Positions 1-10,089 are shown, counted from the stretch's first letter. The stretch is DNA of 64,000 nt from Alphaproteobacteria bacterium (GCA_028289425.1 JANQPL010000014.1:196886-260885); one strand, 5' to 3'. A program made the numbers and translations. The notes: generated by a model from the sequence alone, not told the origin.

Positions 1-2459
1 GCGCCGGACGAAACATTCTCGGCGCCGAAAATGACCTCTTCGGCCGCGCGGCCCCCCAGCAATAAGCGCAGATCTTCGAAGAGTTCATCTTTCGTCACCA
101 CGTGACGTTCGTCCGGCGCCGTAAAGACAAAGCCGAGCGTTCCATCCGCGCGCGGCGTTACACTTACAAACGCAATATTGGCGCCCTTGGTTGGCCCCGT
201 GAGCTGTATGAGAGCATGGCCCGCCTCGTGAACCGCCGTGCGGCGCATATCGTCTTTAGACAGACGAACGGCGCCCGACTCGCCAATCGGGGATCCCATG
301 ATTTCTTGCACGAAATCGTCATGGGCGACGCGCACCCGCTGACCGGTTTGCGTGCGGCCCCGTGCACGGCGGGCAGCGCCACGCACATAAAGCTCCACAT
401 CCGCGCCGGTCTGCCCGAAGGTCATGCGGGCAAGTTCTTGAAAATCCACGTCGCCGTGATCCACGCCCATCTGACGCTGCTGTTCCACATAGTATTCATA
501 GATCTTGGCGAGCGCCTGAATGTTCGGGTAATTCACCTGAACCACACGGTCGAGACGACCCGCACGCCGCAGCGCCGGATCCACCCCTTGCAGGCGGTTG
601 GTGGCGGCCATAACAATGACGCCTTCCCGGTCTTGGAAGCCCTGAAGTTCTTCCAGCACCGCGTTCACCACGGCCGTATGGTAGAATTCGTTGTGACCGC
701 CAAAGCCGCGCCGGCCAATCGAATCGAATTCATCGATAAAGATGATCGATGGGGCATAGCGCCGCGCCATGGCAAAAGAGCCGCGTATGGCTTGCACGTG
801 CTCGCCCAGATGATTCGCCGATTGCCAGTCCGACGCCGATGCATGAATGAAGCGGATGCCCGCTTCCCGGGACATGGCCCGCGCCATCATGGTCTTACCC
901 GTCCCCGGTGGGCCTACCAAAAGCATGCCGCGGTCCACCTGGCTCCACGGAATTGAGCCTGCCAGATAGGCTTTGATGTCGCCGATAAACGCGTTGGCAT
1001 GTTCCTTGGCCTCGCCAAGACCATGGATTTCATTAAGCGCCGGGCCCTTTGTTGCGCCCATGCGCGTAAGGCGCCCTTGCACGCGCTCGGACAGATCCTG
1101 TACCGCCGCAACGCCCCGCGCGCCAGCGTGGTAAACCTTTTCCAAGTCCAACGCAGATGCATACCGCGTCCAAAGATCACCATCGGGCCCGGGCACCGCT
1201 CCCGGTCCGAAAATTTCCGTGAACACACGATCCCGCACATGCCCCACCAGATCGGGCAATTCCAATTCCAAGTCCCGATTGAGACGCAAGGGTGCCGGCA
1301 GCGACATGATGTTGTCCGTCACCACGAGCCCGATATCGCCCGCGGCCAGCAAGGCGCGAATGCGATTGTCGATTTCCTTGGCGGCGTCTTGTCCCCCACC
1401 TTCAAAAGACCGCCTGCTGAACAACACAACGGAGCCGCTGTCGCGATCCATCATGCCGCCATTCTGATACGAGCCGTAATCGCCATACCGGCCTTCGGCC
1501 CGGTAGCGCAGACCCCCGACCTCAGCCATGAATTTGGCGATGTTGGGCCCCAACTCCCAATGCACGGTTTCAAGCAGAATCAAGGGCCGCTTGGACAGAT
1601 AGATATCGCGGAAACCCCGCAGTGCTTCTTCCGGATGGCTGGGGGTGCCTTCCATAAATCGGACGATGGTCTCTTCCACCAGCCCTTCGCACAGCACGTC
1701 GGCGACCGATTTCATCTTCTTCGGCGCGACCGCCGGCTCGTTCAACTCCGCTTCGGCATCTTCAGCCGCCGTATCGCTTTCATCCTTATCCAGATCATCG
1801 TCGAACGCCGCCGGCGGCAAGTGCCCGTTCTCGGAAGGATAGAATGTGGGCTCTCCGGGCTGATGGTCGGAGCGGAAAGCAAGGCCCAAACTTTCAAGCC
1901 TCATCCCGCCTTCAAACAGGGTAATCGGCTCCCACCATTCATGGGCCGCCACCATGTCGACGATGGACGATTCAAGTTCTCTGAACAGGAAGACGGGCAT
2001 GACTTCAATCGACCGGTCGCGACGATCGAGATAGACAAGCGTGTGTTCCACAAACTTGTCGCGCAGGCGCTTCGGAACGCGCGCTTGATCGTCATACCAG
2101 GCTTTCGCGCCAAACGACGCAAGACGCCCCTGTACCATTGCCCGCTTACGCGAGGCGCGCGGTTTGCCTGACGCGGACGAAACGCGCGCGAACCGGCAAT
2201 AGTGATTGGACAATGCGCCGTCGTCGCTATTGCAAACCAGATCGTATATGTCGGATACGGATAGTTGCAGCCGTGAACGGCCGGACAGGATCCCGGCAAA
2301 TGCCAGCCCGTCTTCCGAGGGAATGTCGGCACTTGCGTTCCTTAATATCCCCCCGATGTCGGCGTTACCGCCGCGCGGCAGCGTGACCGGCCTGCACCAG
2401 GATTCAACCACCACATTTCGATGATCGACCCGATAAAACAACGCATGCGTCGTCGACAT
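1..2459 (-). CDS. Soluble FtsH-like ATP-dependent Zn protease (long N-terminal region + AAA+ + peptidase M41), 3' end truncated by the window edge
   Basis: Translated by hand; absent from the ORF track because there is no stop in the window. ATG at 2459 follows GGTGGGG. The open frame contains Walker A GPPGTGKT, Walker B IIFIDE, SRH AATNRLQGVDPALRRAGRLDR, zinc motif HEAGH and LLGGRAAEEVIFG. No N-terminal TM helices. Confidence 0.88.
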   Translation of the reverse strand, partial: MSTTHALFYRVDHRNVVVESWCRPVTLPRGGNADIGGILRNASADIPSEDGLAFAGILSGRSRLQLSVSDIYDLVCNSDDGALSNHYCRFARVSSASGKPRASRKRAMVQGRLASFGAKAWYDDQARVPKRLRDKFVEHTLVYLDRRDRSIEVMPVFLFRELESSIVDMVAAHEWWEPITLFEGGMRLESLGLAFRSDHQPGEPTFYPSENGHLPPAAFDDDLDKDESDTAAEDAEAELNEPAVAPKKMKSVADVLCEGLVEETIVRFMEGTPSHPEEALRGFRDIYLSKRPLILLETVHWELGPNIAKFMAEVGGLRYRAEGRYGDYGSYQNGGMMDRDSGSVVLFSRRSFEGGGQDAAKEIDNRIRALLAAGDIGLVVTDNIMSLPAPLRLNRDLELELPDLVGHVRDRVFTEIFGPGAVPGPDGDLWTRYASALDLEKVYHAGARGVAAVQDLSERVQGRLTRMGATKGPALNEIHGLGEAKEHANAFIGDIKAYLAGSIPWSQVDRGMLLVGPPGTGKTMMARAMSREAGIRFIHASASDWQSANHLGEHVQAIRGSFAMARRYAPSIIFIDEFDSIGRRGFGGHNEFYHTAVVNAVLEELQGFQDREGVIVMAATNRLQGVDPALRRAGRLDRVVQVNYPNIQALAKIYEYYVEQQRQMGVDHGDVDFQELARMTFGQTGADVELYVRGAARRARGRTQTGQRVRVAHDDFVQEIMGSPIGESGAVRLSKDDMRRTAVHEAGHALIQLTGPTKGANIAFVSVTPRADGTLGFVFTAPDERHVVTKDELFEDLRLLLGGRAAEEVIFGAENVSSG

Positions 2460-2587
2460 AAAAATCCCCACCGGCCGGCCTTTGGGCGGCAAAACTCAAG
2501 ACATTTTCTTAGTGTTTGAAGGGATTATGGCCTGTCCATAAGGGGGCCCGTCAAGCCCCGATTTTTGCGCCGCCAGATCCGGCAAAG

Positions 2588-2634
2588 CCCCTACATCTAG
2601 TCAAGTGAAATTTTCGATCCACTAGATGTTGACG
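2588..2634. promoter_or_regulatory. Tandem NrdR boxes
   Basis: cccCTACATCTAGtca (2588-2603) and ccaCTAGATGTTGacg (2619-2634), starts 31 bp apart. They resemble the acaCwAtATaTwGtgt consensus and lie upstream of nrdAB. Confidence 0.8.
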
Positions 2635-3030
2635 TCCCGAAAATAGCCTTCTACGATGGCTTTCCGTCGCCGCTCTTGCGGTCAGCGTGTCTGGGAAAAT
2701 GGTTAACACCACCGCCTGTTTGAACCTCTTATGCGTGGTGTTGCGTCGGTTTTGATTTTTCCGGTACCGCAACAACGCAAGGTGTCTTTCCTCTGTGACG
2801 TGGGCTCGGAGGGACGGGATACGGCCAAGTCCATATCGGACTAGCCATCTACAAAAATTGTTGAGAGTACGCCGAAATAGTTTTCGGCGAGCGAGCGGTT
2901 GCGGCTGCGCGCAACACCCGGGGATTGGGTGGACTTTGGGGCCGGCTTGGAAACGCGTTCGGCTGCAAAATTGAAGTGAAGCTTGCGCCGATCCCGCATG
3001 TTGCGGGCGGCGATAGGAAGGGTCGACAGG

Positions 3031-4896
3031 ATGCTGCAGCAAACGGCGGAAGCCGTCCAATATCAAGAACGGGGCCGAGTAGAAATTGACCTCGTCAATG
3101 ACGCCAATCTGACAGAGTTTGGCAAAGCCACGTTGGCTGACCGCTACCTGTTGCCGGGTGAGTCCTATCAAGACCTCTTTGCCCGCGTCGCAAGCTATTA
3201 CGGCGACAGCGACGCGCACGCACAGCGTCTCTATGACTATATGAGCCGCCTGTGGTTCATGCCGGCCACACCCGTATTGAGTAATGGCGGCACCGATCGA
3301 GGGCTGCCGATTTCCTGTTTCTTGAATGAAGCGGACGACAGCCTGAACGGCATTGTGGGTCTGTGGAACGAGAATGTGTGGCTGGCGGCCCGCGGCGGCG
3401 GCATCGGCAGCTATTGGGGCAATCTGCGTTCCATCGGCGAGAAGGTCGGTGGCAACGGCAAGACGTCGGGCATTATCCCATTCATCCGCGTGATGGACAG
3501 TTTGACACTGGCGATCAGCCAAGGCTCCCTGCGCCGGGGCAGTGCGGCGGTCTACCTGCCCATCGATCATCCGGAAATCGAAGAGTTCGTCGAAATCCGC
3601 CGGCCCACGGGCGGCGACCCGAACCGCAAGGCACTCAATCTGCATCACGGCGTGCTGATCAGTGATGCCTTCATGCGCGCGGTGGAAAATGACGAAGACT
3701 GGGCGCTGCTGAGCCCGAAAGACAAGAGTGTTCAGGCGACAGTGCCTGCGCGATCTTTGTGGATCCGACTATTGACCGCGCGGATCGAAACCGGCGAGCC
3801 CTACATCGTGAATATCGATCACGTAAACAAGGCACTCCCGGAACATCAAAAACTTGCCGGCCTGCAGGTCAAAACATCCAACCTGTGCAGCGAGATTACC
3901 CTGCCCACCGGCATTGACCATTTAGGAGAGCAACGCACGGCGGTCTGCTGTCTTTCGTCTTTGAACCTGGAAAAATATGACGAGTGGGAAGAGGAACCGC
4001 AATTCATCGAAGACGTCATGCGCTTTCTCGACAATGTACTTCAGGACTTCATTGAAAAAGCGCCGGACAGCATGGCGCGGGCAAAATACTCGGCCATGCG
4101 GGAACGCAGTGTTGGCTTGGGCGTGATGGGATTTCACTCATTTTTGCAGTCGAAGATGATTCCCTTTGAATGTGCCCTGGCACAGTCCTGGAACAAGAAC
4201 ATCTTCAAGCACGTCAGCACCCAAGTGGCCGCCGCCTCTAGATCTTTGGCCGAAGAACGCGGCCCCTGCCCCGATGCCGCCGATTACGGCATGATGGAAC
4301 GGTTCTCAAATAAGACGGCGATCGCGCCGACGGCGTCCATTTCCATCATTTGCGGTGGCGCAAGCCCGGGAATCGAACCCATCGCCGCCAACAGCTACAC
4401 CCACAAGACGCTGACCGGATCGTTTAATGTCCGCAACCGGTACCTGAAGAAACTGTTGGCGGAAAAAGGACGGGACAATGACGCCACGTGGAGTGAGATC
4501 ACCATCAATGGCGGCTCGGTTCAGCACCTCGATTTCCTAACCGACGACGAAAAGGACGTGTTCAAAACGGCCTTCGAACTGGACCAGCGCTGGGTGATCG
4601 AACACGCGGCGGACCGAGCGCCCATGATCGACCAAGCCCAATCGGTCAATGTGTTCTTGCCTGCCAATGTACACAAACGCGATTTGCACCAGATCCATTA
4701 TCAAGCGTGGAAGAAGGGGGTGAAGTCGCTGTATTATTGCCGCTCTTTGTCGATCCAACGGGCCGAAAAAGCGGAAGCACCGGAGAAGACGGAAGCTGGC
4801 CTGAAACTGGTGCCGCTGGTAAACTTGGAAGACCTGCCGAAGGTTGCGTCCCAACCTGCCGCCACAAACTACGAAGAATGTCTTTCGTGCCAGTAG
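3031..4896 (+). CDS. nrdA: Ribonucleoside-diphosphate reductase class Ia alpha subunit (short form, no ATP cone)
   Basis: PATPVLSN, ISCF, active site TSNLCSEI, APTAS, SLYY, C-terminal CxxC (ECLSCQ). Start taken at ATG 3031. Confidence 0.95.
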   Translation: MLQQTAEAVQYQERGRVEIDLVNDANLTEFGKATLADRYLLPGESYQDLFARVASYYGDSDAHAQRLYDYMSRLWFMPATPVLSNGGTDRGLPISCFLNEADDSLNGIVGLWNENVWLAARGGGIGSYWGNLRSIGEKVGGNGKTSGIIPFIRVMDSLTLAISQGSLRRGSAAVYLPIDHPEIEEFVEIRRPTGGDPNRKALNLHHGVLISDAFMRAVENDEDWALLSPKDKSVQATVPARSLWIRLLTARIETGEPYIVNIDHVNKALPEHQKLAGLQVKTSNLCSEITLPTGIDHLGEQRTAVCCLSSLNLEKYDEWEEEPQFIEDVMRFLDNVLQDFIEKAPDSMARAKYSAMRERSVGLGVMGFHSFLQSKMIPFECALAQSWNKNIFKHVSTQVAAASRSLAEERGPCPDAADYGMMERFSNKTAIAPTASISIICGGASPGIEPIAANSYTHKTLTGSFNVRNRYLKKLLAEKGRDNDATWSEITINGGSVQHLDFLTDDEKDVFKTAFELDQRWVIEHAADRAPMIDQAQSVNVFLPANVHKRDLHQIHYQAWKKGVKSLYYCRSLSIQRAEKAEAPEKTEAGLKLVPLVNLEDLPKVASQPAATNYEECLSCQ

Positions 4897-4922
4897 GCAC
4901 CTGACCCGATCGGATTAACACC

Positions 4923-5882
4923 ATGTCACTTCTGAAAGAGCGGCTTGTTTACAAGCCCTTTCAATATCCTTGGGCCTATGAAGCGTGGCTGACCCAACAG
5001 CGCATCCATTGGCTGCCGGAAGAAGTGCCGCTGGCCGACGATGTGAAGGATTGGCACCGTAATCTGACGGATGTGGAACGCAACCTGCTCACGCAGATCT
5101 TCCGTTTTTTTGTACAAGCCGACGTGGAAGTGAACAACTGCTACATGAAGCACTACGCACAGGTGTTCAAACCCACCGAAGTGCAGATGATGCTGTCGGC
5201 GTTCTCCAACATTGAAACGGTGCACATTGCAGCGTACAGCCATTTGCTCGACACCATCGGCATGCCTGAAATCGAATACGAAGCCTTCCTCAAATATGCC
5301 GAGATGAAGGACAAGTACGACTACATGCAGCAATGGGGCGTCGACACCAAGGAAGACATCGCCAAGACCTTAGCGGTGTTCGGTGGCTTCACCGAAGGCC
5401 TGCAATTGTTTGCGAGCTTCGCAATTCTCATGAACTTCCCGCGCTTCGGCAAAATGCGCGGCATGGGACAGATCGTGACCTGGTCCGCCCGCGACGAGAC
5501 CCTGCACACCCATTCATCCATACAATTGTTCCGCACTTTCATCGAAGAGAACCCGGGGCTATGGACGGAAGGACTCAAAAAAGACATCACGCAAGCCTGC
5601 ATGACTGTGGTCGATCACGAAGATGCGTTTATCGACTTGGCATTTGAAATGGGCGGCGTGGAGGGCCTGAGCGCTGCCGAGGTCAAAGATTATATCCGCT
5701 ACATCGCCGACCGGCGGCTAGGTCAACTTGGCCTATCGCCAATTTACGCGATGAACGTCAATCCGCTGCCCTGGATGGACGAGATGCTCAACGGCATCGA
5801 GCATACGAACTTCTTCGAAAACCGGGCGACCGAATATTCAAAAGCCTCTACCGAAGGCACCTGGGACGAAGCGTTCGATTGA
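4923..5882 (+). CDS. nrdB: Ribonucleoside-diphosphate reductase class Ia beta subunit
   Basis: WLPEEVP, ETVHIAAY (metal ligands + radical Tyr), RDETLH, NFFENRATEY; directly follows nrdA. Confidence 0.95.
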   Translation: MSLLKERLVYKPFQYPWAYEAWLTQQRIHWLPEEVPLADDVKDWHRNLTDVERNLLTQIFRFFVQADVEVNNCYMKHYAQVFKPTEVQMMLSAFSNIETVHIAAYSHLLDTIGMPEIEYEAFLKYAEMKDKYDYMQQWGVDTKEDIAKTLAVFGGFTEGLQLFASFAILMNFPRFGKMRGMGQIVTWSARDETLHTHSSIQLFRTFIEENPGLWTEGLKKDITQACMTVVDHEDAFIDLAFEMGGVEGLSAAEVKDYIRYIADRRLGQLGLSPIYAMNVNPLPWMDEMLNGIEHTNFFENRATEYSKASTEGTWDEAFD

Positions 5883-5902
5883 TATTAGTGGTGGCTTGAC
5901 CG

Positions 5903-6916
5903 TCAACTAAACGTGCCCACGAGCCGGTATTCACGGCCACCAAGGCCGCGCTTGAAGCGAGTCACACCGGCGGCGTGTTCTTCATTGATGCCCCCCACAT
6001 CCAGCCAGTCCACCCCCACTTCTTTCAGCGCCAAACAAGCCCGCCACAGAAGAAGGTGATGGGCTTTCGCTTTGCGACCTTCTTCGCTGGTCCAGCCGAT
6101 TTGATAGGTGGCCGAACTTCCGTGCCGTAGAATGAGGATACCGGCAACGGGCCGCTCGCGGCGCATAGCGCGCAACACGATGACATTTCCCGTGCCCCGT
6201 GCCGCATGAGTCAGGCAATGGAGAAAAGCGGCTGACGGACCGTCATATTGGCGCTCGCGTTTGTCGGCGTCGTATTGCATCAACAGCCACGGCAGGGATT
6301 CCATCTGCCAGTCAATGCCGACATCCAAGCCGTTCTTCTCGGCGGCATTGAGGGCATTGCGCCACTTACCTTTCAGGCGCTCGCGAATCTTGTCGGGGTC
6401 GGCGCGCAGGTCGAGCCAAATCGACCGGTATCCTTGCCGCACCATGCGCAAACCGGACGATAGCAAAAGTTTCAAATTCTCATCGGATTCGTCGAGTTCG
6501 GGCATGATTCGCCGCCACCGGCCGATGCGTCTGGGAAATTCCCGATCGAAGGCGGAAATAAACGCCTCCCAATAATCCGGTGAGACTTTATCCGCAAACC
6601 AAAGCGGTCCCCGGTCGAGCACCACCGTGTGGAACACGCCCAACGCTTTCACTTCCTGGATTTGTACGAGACCAACCGCGTCACCATCTTGTTTGATGAC
6701 GCCGAACCGCGTCATTTGCTGTTTGGCTGATCGAACGGCTTTCGCATAGGCAAATGTCTGGATCACATTCGAGCGCGGAACGCGGTGCAGCAGACGTTGC
6801 CACTCGGCAACCGATGTGCTGCCCCAATCAATCGTCAGCGTAAGGTGCGAGCCGGACGATTTAGCCGCCGCAGGTCTATCGTTTGTGGTGATGTCTTCGG
6901 CGTGCGCAAGTGCCAT
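5903..6916 (-). CDS. GNAT/FemAB-like acyltransferase
   Basis: RGPLW, SIWLDL, KWRNALNAAEK, HHLLLW, LDVGG, GVTRFKRGLGG motifs typical of the FemABX-like GNAT family; GGAGG precedes ATG 6916. Confidence 0.75.
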   Translation of the reverse strand: MALAHAEDITTNDRPAAAKSSGSHLTLTIDWGSTSVAEWQRLLHRVPRSNVIQTFAYAKAVRSAKQQMTRFGVIKQDGDAVGLVQIQEVKALGVFHTVVLDRGPLWFADKVSPDYWEAFISAFDREFPRRIGRWRRIMPELDESDENLKLLLSSGLRMVRQGYRSIWLDLRADPDKIRERLKGKWRNALNAAEKNGLDVGIDWQMESLPWLLMQYDADKRERQYDGPSAAFLHCLTHAARGTGNVIVLRAMRRERPVAGILILRHGSSATYQIGWTSEEGRKAKAHHLLLWRACLALKEVGVDWLDVGGINEEHAAGVTRFKRGLGGREYRLVGTFS

Positions 6917-7004
6917 AGGGACCTCCATTTGTCATAGGAAGCCACGAAGACAATTTATTTTACGTTAATCATAAATCGCCCAACGGTACATCACTCACAA
7001 ACAA

Positions 7005-7041
7005 CTAAGGCCCGCGTCACGTTAATGACTGCGGGCCTTAG
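7005..7041 (-). terminator. Intrinsic terminator-like hairpin
   Basis: 11-bp stem CTAAGGCCCGC/GCGGGCCTTAG followed on the minus strand by TTGTTTGT. Confidence 0.6.
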
Positions 7042-7211
7042 CGCATTGCAAGGAAGCGATTGTCGCTTCGGGTTTCAACCTTTCCGGATTGTTAATTTTT
7101 AGTATCCGATTAATCCGTACCTTGACGGTTTAGTAACAAACGCGAACGTTTCTAATTTCTCCGACAAGGCCCGGAACCATACGTCCCTGGGCGTTATGCT
7201 CCCTGCATTTG

Positions 7212-7310
7212 TTATGCAATCGTCGGGATGCCAAAGTTCAGCACCGCGATTGCAAAACCGGCCGCCACGAGCGTCAGCGACACAGCTTCCAGGACACGTG
7301 TGAAAATCAT
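7212..7310 (-). CDS. 32-aa single-helix small membrane protein (MIFTRVLEAVSLTLVAAGFAIAVLNFGIPTIA)
   Basis: GGAGAG RBS 4 nt before ATG; hydrophobic helix; lies in an otherwise empty intergenic region. Below the ORF-track cutoff. Confidence 0.55.
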   Translation of the reverse strand: MIFTRVLEAVSLTLVAAGFAIAVLNFGIPTIA

Positions 7311-7673
7311 TTTTCTCTCCAATTAAAAACGGCAACGTTGCCGAACCCTTAGATAGGAGAGGTTCCGCGCATTTGAATTGCGTTCCACGCATAGCGGGGC
7401 CGCAAATATGCACGGACGAAAAAGTGATCCAATCCGATACGCAAAAACCGCAGTTTTCTGCACACAAAGGTTAACATGTGCGGATTTTGCCACGGCTCGT
7501 TGCAAAAAATTCATCTGGCCGCACCTGGACGGACAACGGCAAACGCTGCGTCAAGGCTCTTGCGAGCGAGTACGTTTTTGCGAGCGCGTTTCCAGAGACG
7601 CAAAAAAACTGGTTGTCACATCTTGAAATGGCTACGATTTTCTCTGTGACAAGACGAAATGGGAGGCGACATA

Positions 7674-8147
7674 ATGGACGTTCAGTCCTTTTCAGACATC
7701 GAACAAGAATTCATGGCCCGCGTTGCCAAAATCGTTTGGGCGACGGTGACCACCATTGACACCCAAGACCGCCCCCGCGCGCGGCTGTTGCACCCGATCT
7801 GGGAAGGCAGCACGGGCTGGATCGCCACCGGCCGCAACAGCCATAAAGCCAAACATATCGAGCACAGCCCGTGGGTGTCGCTGTCCTATTGGGATCCGGA
7901 CCACAAGCAGATCTTTGCGGAATGCCGCGCCGAATGGATCGACGATATGGATGAGAAGAAGCGCCTTTGGAAACTGTTCGGCGATATTCCGGAACCGCTC
8001 GGTTATGATTTGGGGCTGTTTTGGAAGGACGTAAACGATCCCACTTACGGTCTGCTGAAGCTCACCCCGTGGCGGATTGAGCTGTCGGCCCTCTCCGATA
8101 TGATGGAAGGCAAGCAACCGCAGGTCTGGCGTCAGGCGGTCGCCTAA
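7674..8147 (+). CDS. Pyridoxamine 5'-phosphate oxidase-like FMN-binding split-barrel protein
   Basis: [16 protein letters not shown]-x-K-x-K-x-I...PWVSLSY pattern; GGAGG RBS. Confidence 0.75.
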   Translation: MDVQSFSDIEQEFMARVAKIVWATVTTIDTQDRPRARLLHPIWEGSTGWIATGRNSHKAKHIEHSPWVSLSYWDPDHKQIFAECRAEWIDDMDEKKRLWKLFGDIPEPLGYDLGLFWKDVNDPTYGLLKLTPWRIELSALSDMMEGKQPQVWRQAVA

Positions 8148-8175
8148 GAACCACAAAGACAGCTCGGGAAACCCC

Positions 8176-9660
8176 ATGCCTTCTGACAATTGCGTCTTGG
8201 CTATCGACCAAGGCACGACTTCCAGCCGCGCCATTGTGTTTGACGCGGCCGGCCGGCAACTTGCCGTCGCGCAACAAGAATTCCCCCAGCACTTCCCGGC
8301 CGATGGCTGGGTGGAGCATGATCCGGAAGACATCTGGACCAGCACGCTTGCCACTGCCCGCGCCGCGTTCGAGGAAGCGGAAGCCGCAGGCAATAAGATT
8401 GTCGCCATCGGCATTACCAATCAGCGGGAAACGACACTGATTTGGGAACGCGCCACCGGCCAAGCGATCCACAATGCCATAGTGTGGCAGGACCGGCGCA
8501 CGGCGGACATTTGTGCCGGCCTGAAAGAGCAAGGATTGGAAGCGACGATCCAATCCAAAACCGGCTTGCTATTGGACCCATATTTCTCATCCACCAAGGC
8601 AGGTTGGTTGCTGGACAAAGTGGACGGGGCGCGGACAAAGGCCGAAGCGGGCGACCTTGCCTTCGGCACGGTGGACACGTTTCTGATTTGGCGGCTGACA
8701 GGCGGCGCCTCCCACGTGACCGACGCGACGAATGCCAGCCGCACCAATCTTTACAACATTCATGACGGCCAATGGGACCCGGAGCTGTTAGAGATCTTCC
8801 GTGTACCTGCACAAACGTTGCCGAACGTATTGGATTGTTCGGCGGACTTCGGCACTACCGAGGCATCTTTGTTCGGACGCCCCCTGCCGATCTATGGCGT
8901 CGCGGGGGATCAGCAGGCCGCCACGGTGGGGCAATGCTGTTTCGCACCGGGTTCGATCAAGAGCACCTATGGCACCGGTTGCTTTGTGGTGCTGAACACG
9001 GGCACCGAGGCAATTGCGTCAAAGAATCGGTTGTTGACAACCATTGCCTATCAAATCGATGGAAAGCTCACCTACGCGCTCGAAGGCTCCATTTTTGTGG
9101 CAGGCGCCGCAGTGCAGTGGCTGCGCGACGAAATGGGACTGATCAAGAGTGCTGAGGAGTCGGAAGCCCTCGCCGCCGGGCTCAAGGGCAATGCGGGTGT
9201 CTATTTGGTGCCCGCGTTTACGGGCCTGGGCGCGCCCCATTGGGACCCGGATGCGCGCGGCGCTATTTTCGGTCTCACCCGCGCCACGGGGCCCGCTGAA
9301 ATCGTCCGTGCCACGCTGGAATCCGTTTGCTATCAAACCGCCGACCTGTTCGATGCCATGGCGCAAGACGGTGTCACGCCGTCAAGCCTGCGTGTGGACG
9401 GTGGGATGGTGGCCAACAATTGGTTATGCCAGTTCCTGTCGGACGTGCTCAACCTGACCGTCGACCGGCCGGAGGTAATGGAAACCACGGCACTGGGCGC
9501 CGCTTATCTGGCCGGGTTAAAGGCGGGCATCTACGGCTCCCTCGACGACGTCACCAGCCAATGGCAGCGCAACGCCCGCTTCGAACCCACGATGGCCGAC
9601 GACACCCGCGCGGATCTTACCGCCCATTGGCGCCGCGCCGTTTCGAAAGTGCTGAGCTGA
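8176..9660 (+). CDS. glpK: Glycerol kinase
   Basis: [54 protein letters not shown]. Confidence 0.97.
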   Translation: MPSDNCVLAIDQGTTSSRAIVFDAAGRQLAVAQQEFPQHFPADGWVEHDPEDIWTSTLATARAAFEEAEAAGNKIVAIGITNQRETTLIWERATGQAIHNAIVWQDRRTADICAGLKEQGLEATIQSKTGLLLDPYFSSTKAGWLLDKVDGARTKAEAGDLAFGTVDTFLIWRLTGGASHVTDATNASRTNLYNIHDGQWDPELLEIFRVPAQTLPNVLDCSADFGTTEASLFGRPLPIYGVAGDQQAATVGQCCFAPGSIKSTYGTGCFVVLNTGTEAIASKNRLLTTIAYQIDGKLTYALEGSIFVAGAAVQWLRDEMGLIKSAEESEALAAGLKGNAGVYLVPAFTGLGAPHWDPDARGAIFGLTRATGPAEIVRATLESVCYQTADLFDAMAQDGVTPSSLRVDGGMVANNWLCQFLSDVLNLTVDRPEVMETTALGAAYLAGLKAGIYGSLDDVTSQWQRNARFEPTMADDTRADLTAHWRRAVSKVLS

Positions 9661-9705
9661 AGGGTGGTGCCGCGGAAGTAATATCGCTTGAGCTTCTCGG
9701 CGGGC

Positions 9706-9805
9706 TTGCCAAGCCGTAGCAGCGAGCAGTCCGCCTTCGTTCCTTCGGAACTCCGGCGCGACAGCGTCCTCGCTCATCTCGCTTCGCTCGATTAGCTGCG
9801 AAGGC
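9706..9805. repeat. Degenerate palindromic repeat-like element abutting the tRNA 3' end
   Basis: Short hairpins (GTTCCTTCGGAAC, GCTTCGCTCG) and CCGCCTTCG / GCGAAGGC arms, resembling alphaproteobacterial intergenic repeats; single copy in this window. Confidence 0.4.
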
Positions 9806-9892
9806 TGGTGCCCCTGGCCTGACTCGAACAGGCACGTCCTTGCGGACAACAGATTTTGAGTCTGTCGCGTCTACCAATTCCGCCACAGGGGC
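9806..9892 (-). tRNA. tRNA-Leu (CAA)
   Basis: Reverse complement GCCCCTGTGGCGGAATTGGTAGACGCGACAGACTCAAAATCTGTTGTCCGCAAGGACGTGCCTGTTCGAGTCAGGCCAGGGGCACCA: 87 nt, long variable arm, CAA anticodon, encoded CCA. Confidence 0.97.
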
Positions 9893-10089
9893 TCCTGGGT
9901 GGAGGGAACAACCCCTCCCTGGAAGGCGGCGCATGATAGGCCATGGGGCCGTCAGGTCAACGACATTTCCAGCCGCCAAGATTGGCAGCAACCCTGGGCC
10001 GCCACCCGCGAAAGCGCCCCGAAAATGCCGTAATTCACCGCCTATCAACCCTCTTCAGCGCATGCTATGCCCTAAAGGGGGACAGCGGC

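Noticed and set aside
102-2171. Long plus-strand ORFs 102-956 and 999-2171 in the ORF track
   Set aside because: Antisense shadows of the minus-strand AAA+/M41 gene, which carries all the recognisable motifs.
2640-3030. Possible cobalamin riboswitch in the nrdA leader (plausible given nrdJ)
   Set aside because: Only a loose GGGAA...GGT match. No CCCGCAACTGT, GCCACTG or B12-box AGxCAGxAGACC elements seen.
3031-4896. Intein or intron in the RNR genes
   Set aside because: Both NrdA and NrdJ read continuously at the expected lengths through their active-site motifs.
9617-10048. ORFs overlapping the tRNA
   Set aside because: Translations of the tRNA and the adjacent repeat (APVAELVDATDSKS is tRNA-Leu read as protein).
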